In this document: positions 1 through 10,039 of the stretch, piece after piece
How the letters are laid out: the number at the start of each line of letters is the position of its first letter
Position numbering within the stretch: position 1 is the first letter of the stretch
DNA from: Octopus bimaculoides
Taxonomy: Eukaryota
Length of the DNA: 36,766 bases
Direction of reading: 5' to 3'
Assembly (NCBI RefSeq): GCF_001194135.2
Contig: NC_068985.1
Coordinates: 9,718,206 to 9,754,971, forward strand
The notes under the pieces: model-generated
Told to the model about the DNA's origin: nothing
The model's input: only the letters and a program-made list of their open reading frames with translations
Database searches by the model: none
Made by a program: the position numbers and the translations under genes

Positions 1-238
1 GGCGAGACAGGCTTCTCTATCCAGTTGGCAAGCTACTTTAGGCTGATGACGAGCAAAGACTCAGAAACATGTCCCTGAATGCTGGCTAGGCTGGGTGGGG
101 GAGCTTGTCTCCCCTCGCAAATTTAAGGACACAGTAATTGTGTCAAGGCCGACAGGAAGCGGTCCAGCTTCCTAGGGCTAAACGGCAGTAGTGTGTTCCC
201 TTATTGGGATTGTCACATTAAGTTGACAATATACTACA

Positions 239-241
<3 letters not shown>
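1..241 (+). mobile_element. Penelope-like/retrozyme-like repeat fragment carrying a hammerhead motif (5' part outside the window)
   Basis: Contains CTGATGA...GAAA hammerhead core at 43-67 and several short hairpins, and ends at a (TA)n tract. Minimal hammerheads are characteristic of Penelope-like elements. Confidence 0.5.
37..79 (+). ncRNA. Minimal type I hammerhead ribozyme motif
   Basis: Helix I TTTAGG(37-42)/CCTGAA(74-79). Core CTGATGA 43-49. Helix II GAG/CTC (51-53/60-62). GAA 64-66. Palindromic helix III ACATGT 67-72. GUC cleavage triplet ending at 73. Confidence 0.65.
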
Positions 242-275
<34 letters not shown>

Positions 276-490
276 GTGGGGGTATGTATTTGTGTTTGTC
301 CCCCACCACAGCTTGACAACTGATGTTGGTGTGTTTACGTTCCCATAACTTAGTGGTTTGACAAAAGAGACTGATATAGTTAGTGCTAGGCTTGCAAAGA
401 ATGAGTCTTGGGGTCAAATTGTTTGACTAAAAGGCAGTGCTCCAGCATGGCCACTGTCAAATGACTGAAACAAGTAAAGAAATAAAAATA
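242..490 (+). mobile_element. SINE family A, (TA)n plus 3' half
   Basis: Tail ...gcagtgctccagcatggccactgtcaaatgactgaaacaagtaaaga recurs at about 1800-1840, 8690-8720 (-), 14450-14490 (-) and 26850-26870 (- remnant). Confidence 0.8.
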
Positions 491-723
491 TAAGGTTAGA
501 GTCAAGTTTAAAGTTAGGGATAACAAGATGTCGAAGGGCCATATCTGGGCCTCGTTTCATTCCCATCTCAAGTGGCAACACGGGAAAGGCTTCTCTCAGG
601 TGGGGCTGACAAACAAAATTAAGTTTGAATCAATTTGTTGAAATGCTTCTTAATCACATGGTTCCCGGGTCAGTCCCACTGCATGGCATATTAGACAAGT
701 ATCTTCTACCATAGCCCTGGGCC

Positions 724-1238
724 GTGAAATTTTTTTCCCACGCGAGTTCCGGACCCATTATGAACTCATTTGCATACAGCCAATCAGAGCTCAACTATCA
801 AACTAATTTATGAGCGCATAAGTGATGGGTGATAAGATAAGGTCATTTGAGTAAGGAATGACCAAGCTTCTTTTCTCTTTTAATAATTGTTCGTTTCAAC
901 CATGGCTGCCTCTGCGTAATTATTTGTGTTGTTTACTTTGTAAAACAGTAAGGGGAGAGGGTTGCTAGCACACCACCCTCTACCCACATCTTTAGCATAT
1001 GGGGCCCTAACATAATCCGATGATAGGTATAGATGCCAATCTATCTAATTACTTGTCTCCTTCTAAAATCAGGCATAACTTGGCGATCGGTCGACTTACA
1101 ACACCGTTCTTCCTCTTGAGTTTACTTGGTAGAGTTTGTTTACTACCATGACAACAAGGTCAAGGTGAGCTCTGATTGGCTGTATGCAAATGTGCTCATT
1201 ACTGGGGTCCGGAACTCTCATAGGAAAAAAAATTTCGC
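724..1238. mobile_element. Mutator (MULE)-type non-autonomous DNA transposon, 515 bp
   Basis: About 70-bp TIRs at 724-793 and 1166-1238 with G...C termini. 9-bp TSD CCCTGGGCC (715-723) / CCCCGGGCC (1239-1247), 8/9 match. Long TIRs plus a 9-bp TSD fit the Mutator superfamily. Confidence 0.75.
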
Positions 1239-1310
1239 CCCCGGGCCTTCCAAAGTTTCACGAGTGGATTTGTTAGACGGAAACTGAAAGAAACCAGTCG
1301 TACGTGTGAA

Positions 1311-1551
1311 GGCGCGTGGCTTAGTGGTTAGAGTATTCGGCTCACTATCAGAAGGTCGAGAGTTCGAATCCTAACTGCGCGTTGTGTCCTTGAGCAAGAC
1401 ACTTTATTTCCCGTTGCTCCGGTCCACGCAATTCGCAAAACTTAGTTGTACCTGTGGAATGCTCAGCCACTTGCACGATAATTTAAAAAGCAGGCTGTTC
1501 CGTTGACCGAATCAACTGGAACACGCATCGTCGGAACCGACGGAGTATTAC
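1311..1551 (+). mobile_element. tRNA-derived SINE with family-C 3' tail
   Basis: A-box TGGCTTAGTGG and B-box GAGTTCGAATCC. Tail gctcagccacttgcacg...gcaggctgttccgttga is shared with 7805-7900, 9140-9240 (-) and 34585-34670. Confidence 0.8.
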
Positions 1552-1859
1552 TATAAATGCGTTTATGCATATGTGTGTGTATGTATGTATGTATGTGCGC
1601 GTGTGTGTGTGCATCTATCCATGTCTGTCCTCCCGCTTACGCCACCACTACTTCCGGTGTTGGTTTGTTTAGTCTCCGTTACTAGCAATTCGGCAGAAGC
1701 AATCGATAAAATAAGTACCCAGCTTTAAAAAAAAAATAAAGTGCTGAGATCGATTCATTCGACTAAAAAAAAAATTTTTTTTAACCCTTCAAGGCTACGC
1801 CCCAGCATGGCTGTATTCCAATGACTGAAACAAGTAAAACATAGAATATTCCAACAGTT

Positions 1860-2240
1860 AACTCCGTGGACAACCAATTCAGGACGAATCTCTCGTCCGT
1901 CGGCGAAAATGCAACAGGAATGCGAGGCCTTGTGCTTCTGCGAGAAGACATTTTTAAATACCGAGTCATAACCGGAAGTTTATTTCATGCCGTGAACTTC
2001 CGGATCAAGATCTCCCGCGAAAAGATTACGAGGCTTTCATACTTTCCCCCTTTATATATATATGTAGATGTATTTAAAAAAATCAACAGCAAAAAAACGG
2101 GATCATATCTATTTGCAAGAATAAAAAGGAAAATATTTTTTTAAAATGCACTTCTTATATAAGCGCAAAGATAGAACTAACGAAAGTGTTATTTTGATGT
2201 GGAGTTAAAATATTCAGACAACGAATTGTTTCAAGTAAGT
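1860..2240 (+). promoter_or_regulatory. Putative USPL1 promoter and non-coding first exon, with donor GTAAGT at 2235-2240
   Basis: Locally CpG-rich unique sequence. ETS-type CCGGAAGT (1972-1979) and ACTTCCGG (1996-2003), E2F-like TTTCGCGG on - (about 2015-2022), and a perfect donor AA|GTAAGT. No transcript evidence. Confidence 0.4.
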
Positions 2241-4725
2241 GTTTCTTTAAAATTACTTTTACCAATTATAAATATTTAGGTATCAGATCTCCTACGTTAC
2301 ATTTAATTTTCTTGCTTTTTAAATGAATAATAAGCAGCGTTTTACTTATATTACAGCAATCATATTCGCCTTGTTTATCAGGTGTTTTTTTGCAGGTAGC
2401 TGCATGTCGATTTGCGATGTTAATATAGAAAAGCAAATGTTTTAATTAAGACAAAACATCGAATATCGTCGCTTTATTGATAGATCGATTATTATGTTTA
2501 TGCCATTTTCTCAAAGATCAAACTTTAAAATACCTCCTCCTCCTTTACTTTTTCTCCAATCAGATTTTATTCATTTATTTATTTCTTGTACTGAAGCACA
2601 TGACTTAGGGTTTATTAGGAGGGAGAAATGAAATTTAATGACGTCCAAGCAATAGTGATGTAAGTTCATGTTTAACCTCAGGTCAACCTCTGAATGAGTC
2701 GGTATATAATCAAAGACGTTCCAGTCGTGGTTGTCACATCTTTTATTTATTTATTTTAATTTTAAATATTACACAGCTGTAATTTGTCCATCCATTATTT
2801 TATTTTCTTAAAGACTAAGGTGATGAGGGGAAGATTTAGCTGCTATTTCGTGCAGACTGGCTTAGCTTGTCTTGACTATTTTTATGTTTTCTGGCATTTT
2901 GTTGTTGCTTTCATTACGTTCATTTCCATGTCGATTTTCGTTGATAACTTCTTTGTAACGTTGATTTATTTTCATTCAATTCAAGGTGTTGGGTTTTAGT
3001 AGTAGAAGAAATACTTGAAGTTGCCTCGTTCAATCTGTCCCCAAGGGCATTAGTTGTTTAAATGAAACGGCTTTAAACACACAAACCAAAATTTGGTCGA
3101 AGACACACCTCTGCCCTACCCTTCACTAATTGGTGCAAGGAAAGTTACAACCTAATCACTGACGGGAATGCAACTGTCATACAAGTTAGGGGCCACTGAC
3201 CAATTAAACAACATTAATTATTTAAAACCAGACAGAAACATAGACATAGGTGGCTGTTCTTATCGCTTGAATCGACATCTGTCAATTTATTTGGAGAAGA
3301 CAAAACAAAAATGTGAGTAACCTACCAAGACACTCAACGCTTGCTAAATTTATTACGGGTTCTTGATTAAACTATTTACTCAGCAAATTATTATGGTAAT
3401 CATGGTATATCTTATGGTGCATACATTCTTATTTTTTATGAACATTTTCCGTCGGATGGATATAATATATATATATCCATTCAGGACGCACGCACTCATT
3501 AATTATATATATATATATCCATTCAGGGCGCACGCACTCTCATTAATATATATATGTGTGTGTGTGTGTGTATAATATTTCTTTTTTAGGTTTTTATAGG
3601 TAAAACTTAGAGAAATTTTATGGAACGATGAGTGAATCTTGAAGCAGATAAAGCTATACAAAGTGCAAAAAGAAGAAAACTTATTTCTCTTTTAGGGTCT
3701 AAACAACTGTAATTTCGATAGTTTTTGTCGTTCAGTTGTTGTTTAACCCCAGGTCATTTCTGATCAAAGACATGTCAGCTACGGTCAATACGTACTTAAA
3801 ATTTTTTTCCAGTAAAACATTTCTAAGATTACATTACACATTGAATCCTTTGTTGTTATTTAATTTCAGGTCAGCACCAATTAAGAAGACCTTCATATAC
3901 ATATATATAGGGTAGCCATTCAGTCTGGATATATGAGAAATATATCGTGCTAAGAGTTTTGCTAGCCTATGTATCCAGACTTTACGGTCACCCCATAATA
4001 TTGTCTAAGGCGATCAAGCCGTGATTATGCAATGTTTAAGTATAATATATCCAGCACTATCTTATGTTGCACACATACTCTCTCTCTCTCTCTCTTTCTT
4101 TTTTTTTTCAATCCGTTGGTGATGGTTTGAAGAATATTTGGCTGCTATTTTTACCGGTCGAATAACTAGAGACTTATTCGTTGATTCGTTTGTTTTTTAA
4201 TTGAGCTTTTTTTTTAATTAACCTTTATTTCTAACATTTTTGATGTTTTGATAAAAAGAAAAACTTGGCGTATCTTCGTTCCCAGGGCTGAGTAATTCAC
4301 CTTCTAGGTATATACCATACCGTAAGGGAAAATGGTTTCCTTGAAAAAAGAAATTACTGAAGAACGAAAGTAAAATAATGGTTGTGGATTGTTGGTTATA
4401 GATACATCAAGTGTGACGTTGTCATTATAGAAATTAGATCCACTGAATATTTTAAATGTGAGACCAAGTGTGTCAAATATAAATAGAATAAATTTCAAAT
4501 GATTCACAGCAATTACACTGGGATTTTATTGTATTTTATTTCAACCTGGTTCAAGGTACACCTCATTAGGTATCTGCATCATGCAGGTGGATGTCTATGG
4601 AGGTGTACCAAAAGAGTTTCTAGCAAAAAAAAAATGTTATTGCAGGTGTATAATTTTCACCAAATGGAAATTGTGCAAGTCATTAGTTTCGTGTATTTTT
4701 AGTTCTATGACAAAGCAAACATTAA

Positions 4726-4930
4726 CCCTTTAGTATTCAGGTTACTCTGTGAAATTCACATTGTTTTGAATTAACCATGCATTAACTTGTAATTTTGAGA
4801 TTTCTATAATGAGACGGTTTATTTTCAGAATGATATTGTAGGGTAGGTGTGAGAGGTCAGATCTGGCTGGCTTGAACATAAAACAGGTAGACTATTGTGG
4901 CCTAATATTGTCAGTTTAAATGGTAAAAGG
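4726..4930 (+). mobile_element. piggyBac-type MITE, family E
   Basis: TTAA at 4722-4725 and 4931-4934 with CCCTTTAG...TAAAAGG ends. Related copies at about 8094-8285 (+), 9693-9880 (-), 27568-27957 (dimer) and 30735-30956 (-). Confidence 0.75.
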
Positions 4931-5339
4931 TTAAAAATAAATATCCCTTGTAAACACTTTTTATCCAAACAAAAACACTTTCCCTTTTTGATCTGGAAAA
5001 CACTTACTTCTGACTAGGTAAATAAATACATTTTCTATGGGGTCCTAGAAATGAGAAAGTGCAAACAGCCCTTGAAGGCCGGGTTACACTCTAGCCTTAT
5101 GATTTGAGAGAATCTGGCTGCTCTCAGATTGGTTGGCATTAGGAAGGGCATCCAGCTGTAGAAACTTTGCCAGATCAGATTGGAGCCAGGTGCAGCCATC
5201 TGCTAGTATGAGGATTAGATGGAGACTTATTCAAAACATTATTTTACACATGGATGCCCTTCCCGTCACCAACCCCCACTTGTTTCCCTGCAATGGAATA
5301 TTTGAAGTAATGATCATTTGCAACCATCACATGCTGTTA

Positions 5340-5545
5340 AGATAAGGGTACACACATACCTACATGTATGTATGCAGGCAACTATTCATTAGTGCATGCA
5401 TGCGTGCTGCAAACTTCTTTCAGCCTCTATCTGCCAAATTCACTCACAAGACTTTGGCTTGCCCAGAGCTATAGTAGAAAACATTTATGCAAAGTGCCAC
5501 ACAGTGGAACGAAGCCTGAAACCACAAGGCTGGGAATCAAGCTTC
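5340..5545 (-). mobile_element. SINE family A, 5' half
   Basis: Reverse complement of the family A head (tttcagcctctatctgccaaattcactcacaagactttgg...). Confidence 0.7.
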
Positions 5546-5699
5546 TCAACAACACAGCTGTTCCAAAACATAATATATTAAAGTAAATAAATAAAAATGG
5601 ACCTGAAAGTGATTTTGCATCCACAAGGCACAGTGAGAGCAATTTGTTGAGGAGGGCAGGAATTCTGGCTAATAGTTAATACAAAGTGGAAGGTCGTCT

Positions 5700-6225
5700 T
5701 TATTGATGATGTAAGCAACCTCTACTTCTGCTGGCATGACAAAATACACCAAGTCTATGGCTGTAAAGTGGTTTGCAATAGAAAGAGTGTCTAATTGTGG
5801 GAATTAGGCCAAACCCTTTCACCCTCCCCCTCCAAACAAACATGACATGTGCAAAATAACAAACATTGATGATTGCCTCTGTTGTGTGTATCAGATGTAA
5901 CAAATTGTAACAAGCTGTGAGGCACTGTACTAGGACACACCTGTCCAACCCAAACTTGTGAACATGTGGTCATCTGTAGTTATCCACAATCAACACCATT
6001 TTTTCTTTTAGTTAACATCTGTTTTATGTGAATGTGGTCTGGATAGTTGTGTGCAATAAGACATCTCCAGTTCATCTCAGATTCCTTATAAAGCAGCAAG
6101 TGTGTGGCTGTTTTCCTACCATCGTGTATGTAATCAAAGAAAGAACATGTTTTGCAAGACACTGCTTGAGTGTTGGGCCTCATGGAAGCAACGACCGAGA
6201 CCTTTGGCATTATGTCGTGCTTGAG
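5700..6225 (-). pseudogene. Possible heavily decayed piggyBac-like transposase C-terminus
   Basis: Minus-strand fragments SFFDYIHDGRKTATHLLLYKES, CTCHVC and RHSFYCK loosely resemble the piggyBac late helix and Cys-rich C-terminal domain. Multiple frameshifts and stops; similarity judged by eye only. Confidence 0.25.
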
Positions 6226-6227
6226 AA

Positions 6228-6470
6228 GAAGACCCATCAAGCCGAGCAAAATCGCAGTTGTGGCTGATACTGGTGTCATGCAAATTGGTTCTCGTGCCGG
6301 TGGCATGTAAAAGCACCCATTATACTCTTGGAGTGGTTGGCATTAGGTAGGACATCCAGTTGTAGAAAACCATGCCAAATCAGTCTGGTGCAGCCTTCCA
6401 GCGTGTCAGCCCAGTCAAACCGTCCAACCCATGCCAGTATGGACAACGGACATTAAATGATGATGATGAT
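6228..6470 (+). mobile_element. SINE-like retroposon family B, 3' part with (GAT)n tail
   Basis: gagtggttggcattagg...gtcaaaccgtccaacccatgccag...gacattaaatgatgatgat, repeated about 10 times in the window. Confidence 0.8.
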
Positions 6471-6479
6471 GCTGGAGAA

Positions 6480-6675
6480 ACGAAGACGATATATCCAGAG
6501 GTCTCCATTCTCCTGGTCTGCCTGTATCAGCAGACCAAGAAGAACATATAACAATGGATTTGTTGAAGATATTAGATATCAAGTTGAGGAATTGAGGATC
6601 TGAAGATTGCTATGCAAGGTCAGGATACTTGGTGTGGAAGAGTCGCATTGGTCTAGGCAAGTCACCCAACTGGAT
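6480..6675 (+). mobile_element. Decayed RTE-clade LINE, ORF 3' end
   Basis: Frameshifted peptides RPRRTYNNGFVEDIRYQVEEL and IEDLKIAMQGQDTW resemble the RTE C-terminal GRPRRTYxDxLxED...MxDRxxW pattern. Confidence 0.45.
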
Positions 6676-6888
6676 ATATTGTTCATCTGATTCTGCCCAT
6701 TATCAGACATCAAATTAACTATATATATATTTTTTTTTTCTGTCTGAAATCTTTCTTTGTAGAGTTCTACAGGAAAGAGCCTCTTCAACAGGATTTCCTT
6801 GTGGGACACTCCACAAATCCAAGATTCCATGAAAGGTCACTAATGGTTTTGTGAATGGTCATGAGGGATTCCATGAGCAATAGTTACA

Positions 6889-7736
6889 NNNNNNNNNNNN
6901 NNNNNNNNNNNNNNNNNNNNNNNNNNNNNNNNNNNNNNNNNNNNNNNNNNNNNNNNNNNNNNNNNNNNNNNNNNNNNNNNNNNNNNNNNNNNNNNNNNNN
7001 NNNNNNNNNNNNNNNNNNNNNNNNNNNNNNNNNNNNNNNNNNNNNNNNNNNNNNNNNNNNNNNNNNNNNNNNNNNNNNNNNNNNNNNNNNNNNNNNNNNN
7101 NNNNNNNNNNNNNNNNNNNNNNNNNNNNNNNNNNNNNNNNNNNNNNNNNNNNNNNNNNNNNNNNNNNNNNNNNNNNNNNNNNNNNNNNNNNNNNNNNNNN
7201 NNNNNNNNNNNNNNNNNNNNNNNNNNNNNNNNNNNNNNNNNNNNNNNNNNNNNNNNNNNNNNNNNNNNNNNNNNNNNNNNNNNNNNNNNNNNNNNNNNNN
7301 NNNNNNNNNNNNNNNNNNNNNNNNNNNNNNNNNNNNNNNNNNNNNNNNNNNNNNNNNNNNNNNNNNNNNNNNNNNNNNNNNNNNNNNNNNNNNNNNNNNN
7401 NNNNNNNNNNNNNNNNNNNNNNNNNNNNNNNNNNNNNNNNNNNNNNNNNNNNNNNNNNNNNNNNNNNNNNNNNNNNNNNNNNNNNNNNNNNNNNNNNNNN
7501 NNNNNNNNNNNNNNNNNNNNNNNNNNNNNNNNNNNNNNNNNNNNNNNNNNNNNNNNNNNNNNNNNNNNNNNNNNNNNNNNNNNNNNNNNNNNNNNNNNNN
7601 NNNNNNNNNNNNNNNNNNNNNNNNNNNNNNNNNNNNNNNNNNNNNNNNNNNNNNNNNNNNNNNNNNNNNNNNNNNNNNNNNNNNNNNNNNNNNNNNNNNN
7701 NNNNNNNNNNNNNNNNNNNNNNNNNNNNNNNNNNNN
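6889..7736. other. Assembly gap (848 N)
   Basis: Run of N. Confidence 1.
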
Positions 7737-7910
7737 AAAGGGTCAGCCTTGTCACACTGTGTCTCGCTGAATATCCCCGAGAACTACGTTAAGGGTACAC
7801 GTGTCTGTGGAGTGCTCAGCCACTTGCACGTTAATTTTACGAGCAGGCTGTTCCGTTGATTGGATCAACTGGAACCCTCGACGTCGTAAGCGACAGAGTG
7901 CCAACAACAA
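7737..7910 (+). mobile_element. SINE family C, 3' part (5' part probably in the gap)
   Basis: 169/174 identical to the reverse complement of 9136-9309; (ACA)n tail. Confidence 0.85.
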
Positions 7911-8332
7911 ACATAAAAAATGAAGGAAGGACAAATCTGACAAAAAAAAAAAAAAGGTGGTGGGAAGCGGCGGTTTCTAACTGAAATATCACCCCTTGAT
8001 CTGCTTCATCAGGATTCACCTTGGATTAAACAACACAAACGATAATCTTGCAGTTTCTTTCCATTGTTGCCTGCTCTCAACATTTTCCCTACCTTAATCT
8101 TTTAGCATTCAGATAACACTGTCAAATATTAAGTTCATTTATTCACATTGTTTGAAATTAATCATGCAGCATCTCATAGCTTCGAAATTTCTATGCATTT
8201 TTAGAATGACATTGTAGGATAGGTGTGAGAGGCCGAATCTGGCTGGCTTGAACTTAAAACAAGTAGAATATTTTGGTTCAGATAATAATAATAATGAAAT
8301 TATTGTGTACAGTGCTCAGGTGCACTACAACT

Positions 8333-8548
8333 TACGAGGGTGAGTCAAAAAGTAATACCGTTTTGTTTAGAACAGGTATAATTACCAACACAGGAACATG
8401 TATCCTACATCAAAATGTAGCTGGTCCTCTGTGGATCACATCCCTACTTCTCAACATAGTCACTGTTTCTCTCAATAGCAATATTCCACTTTTGAATAAG
8501 AGCATGTATCCCTGCCCTGTAAAATTCTGTTGACTGTTCTTCAAGGAC
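8333..8548 (-). mobile_element. mariner transposon right end: transposase C-terminus plus TIR
   Basis: TA+CGAGGGTGAGTCAAAAAGT TIR at 8333-8353. Minus frame VLEEQSTEFYRAGIHALIQKWNIAIERNSDYVEK* (stop 8444-8446) matches the typical mariner C-terminal FYxxGIxxLxxRWxxCIxxxGDYVEK pattern. Confidence 0.85.
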
Positions 8549-8684
8549 ATGATTTGAGAGGGATTTGGTTGCTGTTTCTAGCAGGTTGATGAGACAGGTA
8601 TATAGGCTCTGATTTTTTTGCTAACCTGCTCTAAATATTTAATAACTCTTGAGCTGTCCTGGTATTTACTCTTTTATTCTTCTA

Positions 8685-8962
8685 CTTGTTTCAGTCATTT
8701 GACTGCGGCCATGCTGGAGCACCACGTTAAAGGGCTTTAGTTGAAGAAATTGACTTTAATCTTTGTGAGCCTAGCACTTATTCTATCGGTCTCTTTTGCC
8801 AAACTGCTAAGTTACAGGCACATAAACACACCAGCATCAGTTGTCAAGCGATGGCAGGAGGACAGATACATGCATATAAATATACACATATGTACACATA
8901 TACAACATATTCAGTTTCCGTCTACCAAATCTACACACAAGGCTTTGGTCGGCCCATGGCTA
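8685..8962 (-). mobile_element. SINE family A, 3' part
   Basis: tacttgtttcagtcatttgactgcggccatgctggagcacc... is the reverse complement of the family A tail. Confidence 0.8.
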
Positions 8963-9127
8963 TCATAAAAGCCACTTATAGGCAAAGAAATGAACTGGGT
9001 AACTCGAGAATTGGGTATCTGTTTGCAGACACAGTGCTGCACTTACCTAACCTCATGTCTTTTACAAACAAAATGTGACTTATATTAAAAATACTTTTTG
9101 AACATCAATGGTCTTCCACCATACAGT

Positions 9128-9507
9128 TGTTGTTGTTGTTGTTGGCACTCTGTCGCTTACAACGTCGAGGGTTCCAGTTGATCCGATCAACGGAACAGCC
9201 TGCTCGTAAAATTAACGTGCAAGTGGCTGAGCACTCTACAGACACGTGTACCCTTAACGTAGTTCTCGGGGATATTCAGCGTAACACAGTGTGACAAGGC
9301 TGACCCTTTGAAGTACAGGCACAACAGAAACAGGAAGTAAGAATGAGAGAAAGTTGTGGTGAAAGAGTACAGCAGGGTTCGCCTCCATCTCCTGCCGGAG
9401 CCTCGTGGAGCTTTAGGTGTTTTCGCTCAATAAACACTCACAACGCTCAGTCTGGGAATCGAAACCGCGAGTCTGCTGCCCTAACCACTGGGCCATTGCG
9501 CCTCCAC
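9128..9507 (-). mobile_element. Full-length young tRNA-derived SINE, family C
   Basis: Exact 13-bp TSD TCCACCATACAGT at 9115-9127 and 9508-9520. A-box TGGCCCAGTGG, B-box GGTTTCGATTCC, (AAC)n tail. Confidence 0.9.
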
Positions 9508-10039
9508 TCCACCATACAGTAATATGAAATAAATAAAAATAAGCCAGTGTTGTCTGCTCTCAAGAAAAGACTCTGAAATAGCATAGCAAACATTAAATAT
9601 TCGTGTTGTTACCCTTAATCAAATGTCTTAACCACCTTGGCTTACAGATGTCTAAGAATTATGGTGATTTCTCACTCATTGTGACCATCTATTGATCCTT
9701 TAGCATTTAAACTGGTCAGATTCAGCTCAGATATTCTACTAGTTTTATGTTCAAGCAGTCCATATCCAGCCTCTCACACTGACCCTACATTGTTATTCTA
9801 GAAACAAACAATTACATTGAAATCCTCAAAGCTACAAGATAATGCATGATTAGTTCCAAACAATGTGAATAGTTAAGCGTTACATTTGACAGATTAACCT
9901 AGGGGGTTTAAAGTTTAAAAAATCAATTTTTCTAACAAGAAATGACTCTATTGACAGAAGATTTCTTTTTTTTTTTTTTTTTTTTTTTTTCATAATTTCC
10001 TTGTAAATCCATAGAAGATTAAAAAGATTTTTTCTCAAC

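Larger units (their letters stand above)
640..1845 (+). mobile_element. SINE family A copy interrupted by a MITE (724-1238) and a second SINE (1311-1551)
   Basis: Head 640-723 resumes at 1248 (gagtggatttgttagacggaaactgaaagaa), microsatellite middle about 1560-1612, tail to about 1840. Colinear with the uninterrupted copy at 14440-14855 (-). Confidence 0.75.

Noticed and set aside
2820-2870. Recurrent gggagatttagctgctatttctagc motif (also about 8560, 13060, 21800, 24210, 26750, 29445) as a regulatory element
   Set aside because: It occurs with shared flanks in both orientations, so it is a short dispersed repeat family.
4357-4369. CTGAAGA-AC-GAAA hammerhead-like string
   Set aside because: Only 2 nt between the core halves and no flanking helices; expected by chance.
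6855-7859. Long ORFs spanning N runs (also about 29470-30387 and 35334-36043)
   Set aside because: Artefacts of translating assembly gaps and microsatellites.
7960-8020. Minus-strand hammerhead (CTGATGA at 8012-8006, GAAA at 7977-7974)
   Set aside because: No helix II pairing, and helices I and III are broken. At most a dead relic.
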